Assembly (NCBI GenBank): GCA_051313645.2
Contig: JBNRSN020000011.1
Location: forward strand, 55,118,001 to 55,182,000
Origin: Centroscyllium fabricii
Lineage: Eukaryota
DNA length: 64,000 nt
Direction of reading: 5' to 3'
Shown here: positions 62,813-64,000 of the stretch, one piece after another
Numbering within the stretch: position 1 is the stretch's first letter
Layout: each line of letters begins with the position of its first letter
Program-made: the position numbers and the translations under genes
Notes under the pieces: model-generated
What the model saw: the letters and a program-made list of their open reading frames with translations, nothing else
Databases searched by the model: none
What the model was told of the DNA's origin: nothing

Positions 62813-63945
62813 TACTCTGCAATGACAATAAAACTTGAATTGAATTGAATTGAATTGAATTGAATTGAGCAGTTGGACGTTACCATCACCTCCAGTAACG
62901 TTGGCTCCTTTTGTGTTGCTTTTGTGTACAATATAACTGACCAGTGAATCGTGGTAACATTGTTTGGTGACATTGTTTGGTAACATTGTTTGGTAAGTAT
63001 TGCAAAACTGGCACAATGTTTAGAAGGAAACTTTAGAAAGGGACAACTAAAAGCAAAAATATATTTTTTCAGTAAAGACAATTGCGGTATTGCGAAGCAA
63101 ATGCTGGCCAGTTGTATTGTCTATGATGTAATAAATGAGTCTTTTCCATCAATAACTCTAAAGTAAAGTTTTAATCCACTATATTGTCACTATTTACAAA
63201 GGTGGGTTTTACCATGCTTCCAGATGAAGCATCCACCCCATACTGAGCAGTTCCAGTATTTATACTATTTGGGCACAGGAAGTGACATGTACAGAGTTCA
63301 CCATTCAACCTTCCCCCAGAGGTTTGTTCAATATCACCACAGTCTGTATGCATCAAGACCCTTTATTCACTTTCTACAAGATGCTGGATTTTAGTGCTCC
63401 TGCCTGAATTGTTTGCACTTCTTAAAACAAATTGCCCTGTTGCGCCTCTGTTAAGGTTAGCCTGTTTTAGTGAACCTAAATGATATAATTTAAAGTCACA
63501 CCACTGAAAAGCATTATTGTAAATATCCATACGCGCAAAATTATGGGGTTCAGGCTAAGAAGTGCAATTCAAATTTGCTTCGTTATATACGGAAAGGGAC
63601 CTCAAATGCGTTTAATATTTTTACACAAAAGATTACCACCAGACAGAAACGTCTGCTATCTATTTCAACACGAGATGTTTTGTGATGGAGGAAACCATTT
63701 GGTTATTTCGGTTGTGCGGCTGCCATTGGTATTCCTTCATGGAATTAGTTCTGGCAAGGGTGATCTCACTGCAACCATTTAATGCTCTATCATTGTATTA
63801 TGGAACCCTGTGGTTATTGCGTAGTTTGTTTTAAGAATCAGGATTCTGTAAAAGGTTTTATAGCATGAACACAATGTACAAGTTAACTATAATTACATCA
63901 TCTTTCTCAAAAGCCATTGCACAAATAAAAAATAATGATCTTTAC

Positions 63946-63981
63946 CTGAGGCTGGAAAACACCATGGAACAAGGTAGTTTT
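63946..63981 (-). CDS. Candidate DENND1B 36-nt microexon
   Basis: Acceptor CTGTTTTGTAG and donor CAG|GTAAA; frame-preserving. The phase-1 reading (NYLVPWCFPAS) joins the 58507-58568 candidate. Confidence 0.4.
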
Positions 63982-64000
63982 CTACAAAACAGCAACACTG

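Larger units (their letters stand above)
60112..62866 (+). mobile_element. 5'-truncated Rex1/Babar-type LINE; RT ORF with two in-frame stops
   Basis: [58 protein letters not shown] and KFADDT all in one frame (60152-62023). AATAAA and a (GAATT)n tail. Confidence 0.92.

Overview
This is vertebrate nuclear DNA, very probably from a shark or other chondrichthyan: it carries HE1-type tRNA SINEs, shark-type CR1/L2 and Penelope repeats, and long AT-rich introns. Two host genes lie tail-to-tail. On the + strand is the 3' end of a Crumbs locus with two tandem TM+cytoplasmic-tail coding segments. One is CRB3-like (5931-6152) and has its own short ectodomain exon (4568-4620); the other is CRB1-like (6396-6611). 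Both are phase 0 and both end in ERLI. On the - strand are the last exons of DENND1B (35746-35819, 25576-25792, 23620-24168). The rest is nested transposons: an internally deleted Gypsy LTR element with a Gag-integrase-tail fusion ORF and no tRNA PBS; a decayed two-gene PIF/Harbinger; an intact Harbinger carrying only a MADF/BESS gene; Penelope inverted repeats carrying minimal hammerhead ribozymes; two MITE families; and Rex1, CR1, L2-like and RTEX LINE fragments. Gene identities come from remembered protein sequences, not a database search. Coordinates were read by eye and repeat boundaries are approximate.
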